A stretch of DNA of 64,000 nucleotides. Source: Hyphochytrium catenoides (taxonomy: Eukaryota; Protista; Hyphochytriomycota). Positions within the stretch are counted from its first letter, which is position 1; the number at the start of each line of letters is the position of its first letter. Under the pieces are notes generated by a model. The model searched no databases. It was given only the letters and a program-made list of their open reading frames with translations, and was not told the DNA's origin. Location: the NCBI GenBank assembly GCA_900088475.1, contig FLMG01000265.1, positions 186,001-250,000 on the forward strand, in the 5' to 3' direction. Shown piece after piece: positions 35,107 through 46,124 of the stretch. A program made the position numbers and the translations under genes.

Positions 35107-38100
35107 CTACATCTGCCACCATTTCTTCTTCGACTGCTGCAGGTTAAACTTCCGCATCTGCTCTGCGAACTGCTCCGCGGTGTCTTTCATCTGCTCTGTC
35201 TTCTCCAGCACATTTTGAATCTTCTCTCCGCGCTCTTGGACTCGCTGTGCAAGGTGAATGAGACAAGTGAACCACTAAGTAGAGCTCACGAGTCGGACTA
35301 GCTTATAAGGCCCGCTTTCTCCATGAGGCTCTTCTACTACGCGACGACCGCCTACCCCCTTTCTTTGAATTTACCTGCGTGATCTCCCCCATTGTATTGA
35401 TGATGTCACCAATGCCGCCTTGAATCTCTTTTTCGTCCCGATCGATAGCCTTTCTCTCTTGAGGTGCGGCAGCTCTCTCCCCAAAAAGCATATGCCGGTT
35501 GATGTCGTCGGCGGACGCGTTGAAGAGCTAGTAGGACAAGAGGTTAGGGAGGTAGAGGCCAATATTTAACCGAATGTACAGACAGAAGATGAAGGTGAGG
35601 ACTAAGTCCTTGACAGGTAGAGAGGGGACAGGATAAGAAGCTTGTGGCACACCGTGGCAAATAATGGCAGACATCAGGCACAACTCCAGCCTACCTCAAT
35701 CACTTCCTTTGCCGTAGCTGTGCTTTTGGAGGATTTCTTCAGGCTGTTTAGGATTGTTGACATCCCTCTTCCCCCTGCCGGGTTCTTTGGAGACTCTTTC
35801 CTAAAGGATGGCAACACATTGTTAGACGAGTGTCTCCTGCAAAAGTTGCAATGAGGCTAGACAGTGCAGTCGGGACGGTCTTCACAAATAATTCTAAATG
35901 CGAGGCAGCCATGACCAAGGTGTTCCCTATTACCGTTCCGTTCCTTCAGCCGTCGTCTGCTGAACGCTAAGCTGCTTCTTGGACTTCCAACCGTCAAGCA
36001 ACACCTGATAGAAGTCACCATACACTCTCTCATGCACAGAAGAGGCTAGTAGGGTAGCTCGCTTAATGGACTTATCAGCCCAATAAAAGAGCTCATGATT
36101 GGCAGCGGTGATAGTCTGGATGCTTATGTCACCCTCGACGGCTGAGTCCATAGAGCCGGACCACACCTCGCGCAAGTTAGGCAAGTCGAAGAGATTGATT
36201 CTCCCTGATTGCTCTACACACAGGACGCAATTGATCCGCCTAGATTCAAGCAATGGAGACGGGCGGAGATTGAGCAGGAAGACGTCAAGGTCAAGGCATC
36301 GACAGGCGGGAACATAGATGTTGGGTTCCATGCTTGTTGAAATGCAAATCTTCACAACTAGACGGCAGGGGCCATGGACAAAAGTATTGATAATGCACCT
36401 ACCGCCCCTCAATGCAGAGCTCTTGTAACGCCGAATAGATAATGGAGGATGATACTGTCGTCTGACAAACCGTGTCACAGCAGAGAACTTCCTCATTGTT
36501 CTCCCCTAATCGAAAGGGTAAGACACGAACGCTGATCACTCTGCCTGTAACCAACAAGAAGTACTGTGGTCTTTGCATCCGCTTTGGCAAATGAAGCCCT
36601 AGTGAAGCTGCACAGCATACGTTCAGCAGTAAGGACAGAGAAGTGTTAAATCTCCGACTATATCGCTAGGAAGGGACCAACCAAGAAGGAGGAACACCCA
36701 AGAGGAGCCATCGTCCCAACGAACAGATACGCGATACGGGCAGTCTGTTCGCCTCAGCTGGTGCTGGAAGCAAAGTAAACAGGACAAGTACGCGACGCGG
36801 CAAAGAAGGGAGAATTCCAAATTTTACAGGACAGCGATGGACAAATAACCCAGGAGCGACGGAAGCTAAGGAGGTGATACCTGGTAAGATGCCGCTACCG
36901 TCAGCAAAACGGACTTTTCGATTACTGCCTGAGCGAGAGGCCAGCCACGGGGTGACCTCAGCCGGACTTTTCTTGCTCACATCGTCTCCATCTAAGCCCA
37001 CTATAACATAGCCACGCCTCACCTCCCCGCTCTTCTGCAAGACACTTAAAGAGCCATCTGGAAGAGGATAGAAGGAATCTATGATGCATAGAGGGGCACC
37101 TGGGACAAGCCGGATGCCCAATGGACCAGCTGGGACTTCTATTTCGACCTGATGCGCCGAGGAGAAGTCAAGTAGTGGTAGGACCGAATCCATCGTTCCT
37201 TTGTCATGGCGTGCTTCAGAGAAATCAGCGTCCTGGAGCCAATCTTTGTCTTAGATTCTACCTAATAAGGACCTAAGTACCCTATAGCGCCGCATTGAGG
37301 ATAAGGAGAAGGGGTACTGCCTACTTTCTCCCGTCAGCCTCTTCTCTCAATCCGTTCGGCACAATTTGCCACCTAGGTGTTTTTTACCTCTAGTGATGGC
37401 CCTGGGCTACCGCGATCTTCTTCCTGAGCTCCTTGGCTCTCGAAATTGCTTTCCTTCTTCAACGTGGGAGACAGTGGTATTTTTTGATCCATGTTCGTCG
37501 GAAGGCATTGTACAAGTTTTCCTGATGGATCCAGAAGCGCACAGAGAACCCCTCGCGATTCAAAGAGCTCCTCCACCGGGCTAGAAGCGATTTTCTGTAG
37601 CAGAATGTTATCTCGTAGGTCATATAACTCTGTCACCCCAGCACTTTTGACAACCACCGCCACGGGGATTGAAGTGTCATCTCGCGGTTCTCCTTCCGAA
37701 CATTCAGGAAGTGAGAAAGAAGGAACAGAAGCAATAGTAAATCCAACCACAGGTGGAGGTGCATCAACCTCCAGGGACATCTCGAATAAAAGGAGTGAGG
37801 ATATCGATGTTGATAGGCAAAGAGAACTAACGATTCCTGCCGCATCAGCGGCCAAAGCGAGCTTATAATTCGGTAGCACGCCGATCTGGCGGATAGGCGA
37901 CTGGTGAGAATTGTTGACTGCTAGCAACTCGAAGCGATAGGTGCCTGTATAACATTTGGGACAATTGTAAGCACTCGTAAATAGAGTCTGACAGTGAAGA
38001 GAATCATCTCAAGACTTATTGGTATGGACTTGAGTTCCTACCTCCTAACCGAGCTCCGAACACCGCAATGCAACCATTCTCAAAACCCAGTGCCAAGGTG

Positions 38101-41100
38101 CCAGTGATAAGGCACATGGTAGCAGCCGAGAAGGTAGAAGGCCAGGTATAATCCTCATAGGCGCCGCCTTCCTTCGAGGTGGAGCTACTCAAAAGCAACT
38201 CAAGAACGTTAAAAGAGTAGAGAAGAGTAAGACTGGCTCCTCCTGGTACCGACGTAGAGGACGGATAGGTTATGGCAAGGGAGATTTTGCCCTCCTTCTG
38301 TCCCAGGAGAAGAAGGGTGAAGGAAAGGTGTTCCTCCTTACTCTCCCTAAGGAATTGGAGTAAATGCTGGGACTCCAATGTACTCGATAGGACCTGACAG
38401 GATGGACGGTCAGGCAAGTAGCCGGCCCTATGTGAGACAACCTCGCTGTGAAGTATATCTGAAATACTAAGTAGATAAGCACAAGCGCGAGACAGACTTT
38501 ACTATTACGGCAATGGGAGAATGGGGGACTTAGGAGCCTAGCTACTCTTTCTACCTGAGACGTCAAAGGTCCGCCTGACTGTTCAATACCTTCATCATAT
38601 AGCAGTCCAACAAGTGCACGTAGCTCATTTCCATTGACAGACTGGGCCTCGAGTACCACACCGTCAGAGCTACCAAAATCTACCTCACAGCGTCGGGGAG
38701 AAGGGAAAAGCTGAGGAGAAGAACTAGCCTCGCATTGAAGCATCCCTTCTATGGGATAGATGAAAAGGCCAGGATACTCTCCTTCCATTGGATTCCCTTG
38801 TAAACAAACAATATCTGTCGGGAGCTTATGCTCTGCCACAGTTCGAGTTCCCATTCGGCAAGAGCATAATAGGCCAAGTTTTTCCAAACGGTGAAAAGAA
38901 GCAGCAGAAAGGTTAGAGGAATAACCGTGTTGATACTATGGGCATCAGGGGCAATACGTAGAATTTGAGTGGTATAAGACACAGTGGAAAGAATGTCGAA
39001 TGGACGCAGAATGTAGCCTTAGGACGCAACAGGTGATGATGGGATGTCTAATGTGGAGCCTGTATCTTCTCCTGGCAACTTGCAAGAACCCAAAATACCT
39101 ACCTTCACTATAGGCAAGAGACAGAGCAAGGAGTCTGAGCTTGGAAAGCACTGGAAGGAAACATACAGGTTGAAATTGGCTGGGACTTAGAGCTCTGCTT
39201 GACAGTGACAAGTAGAAGGGATGGATTGTTACTCAGCAGGATGCGGCGTTTGCAGAACATAGTTATCGAGCAGCAGCAACCGTAGCATTAATGGACACAG
39301 CACTTCATCCACGGGTAAGTCTCACTTTTCGCCTTTCAGAAGAGCTCCCAGGCCCTTCTCCTTCTTGGGGCCTCCACCCATACAAGCAAGTATTGTGATC
39401 CCTGACGAACAGCCAGCCGCGTTTCCACCTGCAATGACCAGAATGCCTACGGTCCGACAAAGGCAGAGTGAGTTTAAGGTTACCAAGAAGCCCGAGAGCA
39501 CATACAGGTCAAAAAGCAATTGCAGAGCTGGAGGGTTACTTAAGTCAGGCAGCACTGCAATTCCGAAGCATATCTTGGACTTCCACTTCTTTTTTCTATC
39601 ATAGGGTGGCTGTTCTCACCTTCGTCGTCACCCTCCCCTTCGTCCTGAGCCTTATCTCGCTGTAGCCAGCATACCGACAGGATCGCTTCCCGAGGTGCGG
39701 TGGAGATTGCTCCATCCTCTAAAGGAAGCAGGCCCCGAACGCCAGTGGCTTTTTCAGTATGAAAGATAAAGAAGGAACCATCGTTGTAACCCGCTATGAT
39801 ATGCTCGGCAGTGGGACTCCAACTCAGGGTAACCAGAGCACGAACTACAAGGTTGAAATACCGATTAGTACAAGTGCAGGATAGACTCTGCTTTCCTTCT
39901 CTTTCGCACACCATGTAGACATACTCTGTGCAACCCTCTTGCTCCTTCCCTCTTTCCTTCCAATCTTCTCACCACAATGTCGTATTTCAGTCCCTCTTAC
40001 CCTGGCTCGAGCTCCCATCTGACGCTGAATAACTGCGCACCACTTCTCGCTTCTTTAGATCCCAAAGAAAGATTCCACCATATTCGTAGCCAAGAAGCAG
40101 CCTGCCGGTTGCGGTTGGATGGTCCGCCACATCTATAATGAAGTCCGGTTGGTTTGTAATCTGGCACACTTCTGGCAAACCAACATCACTTAGGGACACT
40201 CCATATGCGCTAATTTGGCAGGTGACAACATTTAGCATCTAGCGGCCACAGAGAGGACAAGCCAGGTGTGAGCAAGCAGATTTTCTTGTCGACAAGCTGT
40301 GCAAGCTTTGGCAGATGTCTACAAGTCTTCTTTCTCTTTGTGCAAGCTTTGGCAGAAGTCTACAAGTCTTCTTTCACTTTTTCGGCCGTCCTCCTCGTTC
40401 TCCCGTCTCCAAATGTCCTCCGTCGTCAAAGTCTATGCCTTCCTACCACTCTGCATCTTGATGTCCCCGCAGGAGACTTTCTACTCTCCTAAACAGATAC
40501 TTACCTGCAGAGTTCCATCGTCAAGGGCAATGAAGACGTAGGGCAGCAAACTGGATGCCTTCAGAGCGGTCACGCGACAAGTGGTCCATCTAGAAGGGAA
40601 GAAAGGACATGGAGTCAACAACAAAGATTGGCGAATAGAAGTGTGACGTGAGAGGTGGGCACAGTGGTGGCATTAGACATACCAAAGGGTAGCGAAAGAT
40701 GAGGGAGGCATGGGCAGAGGAGGATAAACGAGGCTGAAGAGCCCTCAGAACGAATGAAGGCCTACTGCCTCAAGTAGCAAGTTTAGTCTGCTCCTCTTGT
40801 CTCTGAGGCACCAATACTCTTACGTCGCGGGTAATAAGGCCTTCAAATACTCGTTAGACCCCTCGGCAGCTCTTCGTACATCCCAAATAGCCAAGCTTGA
40901 GTCCGCAGATACGCTGACAAGGTATTCATAGCCACTCACGAACGTCAGGAAGAGAATGCCTCCACCTGCGCTTCTCTGTCCTTCTCTTTCCCCTTTTAGC
41001 TCCAGCTCTAGACCATGCGGGCCGTAAAGTTTGATCTGCCCGAGAGCTGAGCCAACAGCTACGTGCGGACTATTCGTGGCGCAAGCAACAGCCTGACAGA

Positions 41101-41483
41101 TCCGTTTACAAAGGACTAAAGTTAGATTCTACAGAGGTCGGACAAGGAAAGAGGCTAAAACAAACAGAAGGCACTTAAAGAGGAAGGAAGGAACAGCGAA
41201 AGAATGGGACAGCTGAAGGGCAAAGGAGCATGAGAAGGAGGGAAGCTAAGGTATAGAGCGAGTGATGAAGATAGATACATCAGACCCAACACCGGCGGAG
41301 GTCTAAGACATTGATAGGATACGGAAGTGAGAGAGAGAGAGGATTGCTTGCCTTTGAGTTCAAGGGAATGCCGTGACTGCCACGATGCTTCAGTTCGAAA
41401 ATGTCCGAGGGATACTCCGCTGCGTGGTTAGTGGCAAGCTGCGAGCTGCCTCGAGCTCTGGACCCTGAGGCGTTATTCCCCAT
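35107..41483 (-). CDS. STXBP5: Tomosyn/Lgl-like protein: WD40 propellers, internal PDZ domain, C-terminal R-SNARE motif (intron-rich)
   Basis: N-terminus MGNNAS...HGIP, VAVGSALGQIKLYG, LLLGYEYGGIFLWDL, WSPTAEHIIAGYNDGS. PDZ-like segment at ~36905-37150. The last exon encodes RVQERGEKIQNVLEKTEQMKDTAEQFAEQMRKFNLQQSKKKWWQM-TAG (35107-35109). Confidence 0.85.
40298..40379. repeat. 41-bp tandem duplication inside a tomosyn intron
   Basis: TGTGCAAGCTTTGGCAGA(T/A)GTCTACAAGTCTTCTTTC(T/A)CTT x2. Confidence 0.85.
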
Positions 41484-41567
41484 CGGCTGAAGGGAAGGCA
41501 AGAAGCAGCAATGAGGGAAGAGACTGGAGGGACAGTTAGGTACAAAGCGCCTACCTCACGGGTCGTC

Positions 41568-42381
41568 CTATGGACCTTAAGAGACAGGAAAGAGGACTAG
41601 ATGATTTGGCTAGTCTCTAAACCTGACCACGACACCTGCGGCATTTACCAATCCACTGTCTCTTCAAGGCAGGAGCTTCCTCTTTGAGGCTCTTGTCTTC
41701 GATCCTTCGCTTCCTCTCTCCGCCGTGGTGTAGCGACAGAGGAGAGACTGCAAGAGTTGTGATCGGTTATACTATTTAGTGCCTTGGCGGAAAGATGAAG
41801 AGACAGCTACTCGAAGCAAGAGGAACGAGGGAATGAAGAGCTGGGAGCGATGGAGGAAGGGAGGTAGGATCGAGAACGAGGCATGAGAAAGAAAAGACAG
41901 AAATACAAAGACGAAGTGAATGGGAGAGAGAGAATTGAAAGAGAGAGAGGGAGAAATTAGGAAAAAGAGAGGAACGAGTGTCAAAAGAGGGCAAAAAGAG
42001 TTGCAGGAAAAAGAGAGAGAGAGAGAGAGAGAGGGACAGAGAGAGAGAGAGAGAAGAGAAAGAGAGAGAGACAGAGAGAGGTAGTAGAACTGTGATGCAG
42101 GTTTCCTGCTGATGAGTTATTAGCAGCAGTACCCTTTCGCCCAGAGGCTACTACTACTACGTAGGCTCTGCGTAAGGTACTTAGTCAATCCCGCGTTGGA
42201 CTGATATTATTACTGACCTGACCAGTCTGTGCTGCAGCCAAGCAGCCAAGCGCTCAGGGAGCGGAGAGCTCGGTCCGGACGCTGATGAGGAGGAGGACGA
42301 GGTGACAAGAAGGATGGTGGCGCAGGCCAGCAGGCAGGCAAAGAGGATAGCGGAAGTGTGAGAGGTGCGAGAAAGCGGCAT
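41568..42381 (-). CDS. Putative small spliced ORF (~100 aa, N-terminal hydrophobic helix) immediately upstream of the tomosyn ATG
   Basis: Exons 42381-42218, 42167-42133, 41747-41649 and 41575-41568 join in frame through GT-AG introns. The product begins MPLSRTSHTSAILFACLLACATILLVTSS and ends WIGP*. No homology recognised. Confidence 0.3.
42012..42080. repeat. (GA)n microsatellite, imperfect
   Basis: Directly visible GA run. Confidence 0.9.
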
Positions 42382-43216
42382 AGCAACATGAGAGATTGAG
42401 AGAAAGGCCAGGTGAATAGCAGAGAGATACGCACAGGAGATCATAGGAGGGCAATGTCGTTACCACCCCGAATATCTTGGCGTGGTGAGAGATGAGAAGA
42501 AATAACCGGACCGGGTGAGAACAAAAACGATGAAGGCGTGACAGGTCGAGATGATGAGGGTGATTCAGAGCTGAACAGGAGTTAGTGGCCTACCTTCTGA
42601 CAACAGAAAACACCTTGAGTGGGCATAGGCCTCTCTGATGATTACTATTCCTTTCATGGTGGTGCCTGGTCACTTGTCGTCTTAGGGCCGCGTTAGACAG
42701 TGTGTTGGTGCTTGGATGAGATGTATATACCATCGGACAAACCAGTAGGATTCTGAAGTCCGTCTACCGTGAGGAGGAAATGGTCACCGCTACACTGATT
42801 GGAAGTAGCCACTAGAATAGTGCTTATGTTCGCCTTCCTACATCGGCATCACCGCCTTAGCCAGAACGTAATCCGCTTCTATATAGATGGTTAGAGCATG
42901 CAAGAAAGGATGATTTGCCACGCTGCGATGATTTGCGCGAACAAGTTTACCGTCCTTGATACCTCGTGTTGCCGGTTAATAGACGTCGCTTGGACTTAGC
43001 TAGATATGAGATATCAGATAAAAGAATGAGAAGAAGCGAGGTATAGGAACCGCGACTTTGGTGCAGCAACCCTTTGAAAGAGAGAAGACAATAGGCCGCG
43101 CAGTTCTGCCCAGGCCAGGATAGTGATCGAGAAAGTGAAGATCGGGACAGAGAATATGAGATCAGGCCAGACAGTTGGATAGTCAAGCGCCACAGCTTAT
43201 ATATATTTAACACTAA

Positions 43217-43437
43217 TTAGACAGAGAAGGAAGTCCAGGTTACAGAGCACATGATGCTGTCGTTCTCTAGCTGTGGTCCGGAGCTGCGGTTCCTTGTATA
43301 GCGACGTCTTTTAAATCTGATAGCCTACTTAGACAGAGATGGAAGTCCAGGTTACATAGCGAGCGGTGCTGTCTTTTCACTAGCTATGGTTGGAGCTGCG
43401 GTTCCTTGGATAACGGTGTCTCAAAGATCTGATAGCC
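43217..43437. repeat. Diverged ~110-bp tandem duplication spanning the CHS-C C-terminus, stop codon and 3' UTR
   Basis: 43217-43325 versus 43329-43437; both read TTAGACAGAGA.GGAAGTCCAGGTTACA...GGAGCTGCGGTTCCTTG...ATCTGATAGCC. Confidence 0.85.
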
Positions 43438-46124
43438 ACCTGGAGGAGGGGCCCCTGGACCTCCCATTTGTCTGTGTGCCTGTACACTGGCGCGGTAGCG
43501 CATCTCCCGCTCTCTGATGTCTTCCTTCCGTAGCCTGCGCCGCAGGAAGAGCATAGCATAGAGCTTATCGCCCAAATAGGTTACCAGGTAGGCAGCGGAG
43601 CCAATAAGGCGCCAGACGTTAAAGGCACCAATAACGACGTAAAGGACCGTCAGGTAGCTATTGGCATCAACATAGAGCTGCACGCCGAAGACAAAGGCCA
43701 TGTTGGAGAGAAGCCAGAGGAAAAGAAGCTTCAGTCGAAAGCCGTTAAACTGCTTCTCTAGCATGTCCTTCTCCGCAGCCTCCTTCCTTGCCTTTTCTTC
43801 TGCTGCCTTCTGAGCAGCCACAACGTCCTCATAAGTACCTTTCTTGTCCCCAGCTTTCGGACCATGCCCTCCACCACTTTCTAGACCCTTCGTACCCCAC
43901 GAGAGGTCGTGAAGGTTGCAGAAAGAGTACACGTTGAGAATGTTGATCATCGTGGGCAACATGGCGAAGTACTGGAGGATCGTCATGAAGATGTGGTGAA
44001 CCTCACAATGTAGTGCGGCAGCTATAAAGTACACGCCCACAATCGCGATGGCGAAGACGATAGTAAAGGTTGAAAATGTGTCCTGAAAAATGAATATCAA
44101 AGTTGCGACCACGAAAGCCACCGCCATCACTAGGCCAAAGTACGCCGCAGCCACCGTGTATATCCAGGGGATGTGCTTAGGCTTGTTTCCAAGCCCGGCC
44201 AAGATCTGGAGAAGGAAGATCACGGCGTATGAGAACTGGAAGAGATTGGAAATCAGGTCTTTCCATTTGGTAGGAAACTCATCCACCTTCATAAACTCTG
44301 GGTAGCTGTTGTTATACATCGCGCGAATGACCACGAAGTAGATCGCCAGGTAAAAGTTACCCACCAAGAGCCAGTTCAGTAGCACAGTGATGCAGTTGTA
44401 GGTGTACTGAACCATGAAGGCCGCCTTCCGGAAGTAGCTGTGCCCACTCTCAGAGTAGATTCGTCCCCAAAAGGCCACAGTGTACAGGATAGCAAAGAAA
44501 GAGCCATTCAGCCATCGGCGTCGCTGGCCAATGAGAGCCACTAGATTAGTAGGTACATCCGTTCGTGCTATAGCATTCTTCACATAGTGTAGGGTCCACT
44601 TGCAGTTTGCCTTTGCCACGATCTCAAAACAGAGAATACGATCCTCTGCCAGGTACATGTTACCTTGGAAGGGTCCCAACTCTTTCATTGACGTGGTCAA
44701 TGACTTGAAGTACGCCCGAAGCGGCTCTCCCCTAATGGCTTCGTATCTATAGGCAGAGAAGGCTCCTGGCAAGACACTGATGAAGCCGAAGACGCTTTCC
44801 ATAGACTTATCCAGAATGTTAGAGACCTTATATTCATAGTGCTGCGCGGCGATCACGAAGTTGCATAAGTTGGGGATGGGCCTGTCGACTGCAATTTCAC
44901 CGCACACGCCTCCAATCTTAGGGTTCCCCTCCATAGCCGCTAGCAACCTGTAGAAGGCTGATTTAGTCGGCATCGTGCCCACATCCAGAAGGATTGTATA
45001 CTTCGGCATCACTTGCTCCGCAAAAGCGTTAAAGTACCACTCATGGGAATTCAGCTTGCCTCCATTATACTCCTTAAGAGCAAACACGACTTGTAGGGGA
45101 GGGTAGCGCTCATTTTTCTCCTCTATCCTCACCCCACCGCCAACGCCTCTGGAAACCTTATGATGCAACAGCTGCATGCTGTACTCAAACAGGTGCATTT
45201 GAACATCGGTGCCGACTGAGTTAATGGTCATGGCCTCCTCGTCAAAAGCACCAGTCTTGTTGAGCCATGATAATGTGCCTTTGTTTGCCTTGGTCCTGCC
45301 GTCGGACACGATACAGACCAAGACGTTCTGCCACGCATTATCGTCCTGGTAACCAGGGAGCTTCATCTGCTGAATATACTGGACATTGTTCGCAACCTTA
45401 CGAAGCGTGAACGCCAGTTCATTTTCATCCTCATTGTACATTGTAATAACCACCATAAGCTTTGGTCTGCGTCCATATTGAATCGTTTTCAACACGTAAC
45501 CATCACGGGTGAAGTCATCCACTCTTTTTGTAGAGACTGCTGTGTAGTACATTGTCCTAAACTCCAAAGTATCCGTCGGCAGAACCGGGGCATGCACCGA
45601 AGGTGAGAGACGATGGATGACATCGGCGGCGACGCAGCGGCCCATTCTCCGCGGCACTGGGCCCATTCGGCCATTATCTGTCCAGTTGGCAAGGGCTTCA
45701 GTCCATCCTAGTACGTCCATTGCCTTTTGATGGAGTCTGCAGGGGGAAGGACATGAGATTCTGCACACTAGGAAACAACTAAACAATGGGACGAAGACAC
45801 CTACAGGTTTCTGACATGCTGATCTGGTTCCTGCTCTCCTACTCGAGTAAGCATTTCCCCTGCGTCAAGGAAGTGGCGCATCGCCGCTGCAAAACGACGG
45901 TCTTCCTCTGCTTCTACACCGGCATTAATAAGACGAAAAGCCTCCTCAGTAGAGTCGGGGGTGTCAGGAAGGACCATGGACTGTGTCTTCATTGCAAAAG
46001 AAGAGATATTCTCTGAGAATTCTTGGTGTCCTGGAGGGAACTGTCTGCCGTACAAACTCCTTTGCTGCGAATTAGGGCTGCCGGCCTCTTGCCAGCTAGC
46101 CTGGTGCTCCGGAGGATTGTACAT
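43384..46124 (-). CDS. CHS: Chitin synthase C with N-terminal MIT domain
   Basis: Exon 1 (46124-45805) carries EEAFRLINAGVEAEEDRRF...HVRNL. A 68-nt intron (45804-45737) precedes exon 2, which has complete CHS motifs (TMYNED, EDR, QRRRW, SWGTKG). Confidence 0.95.
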
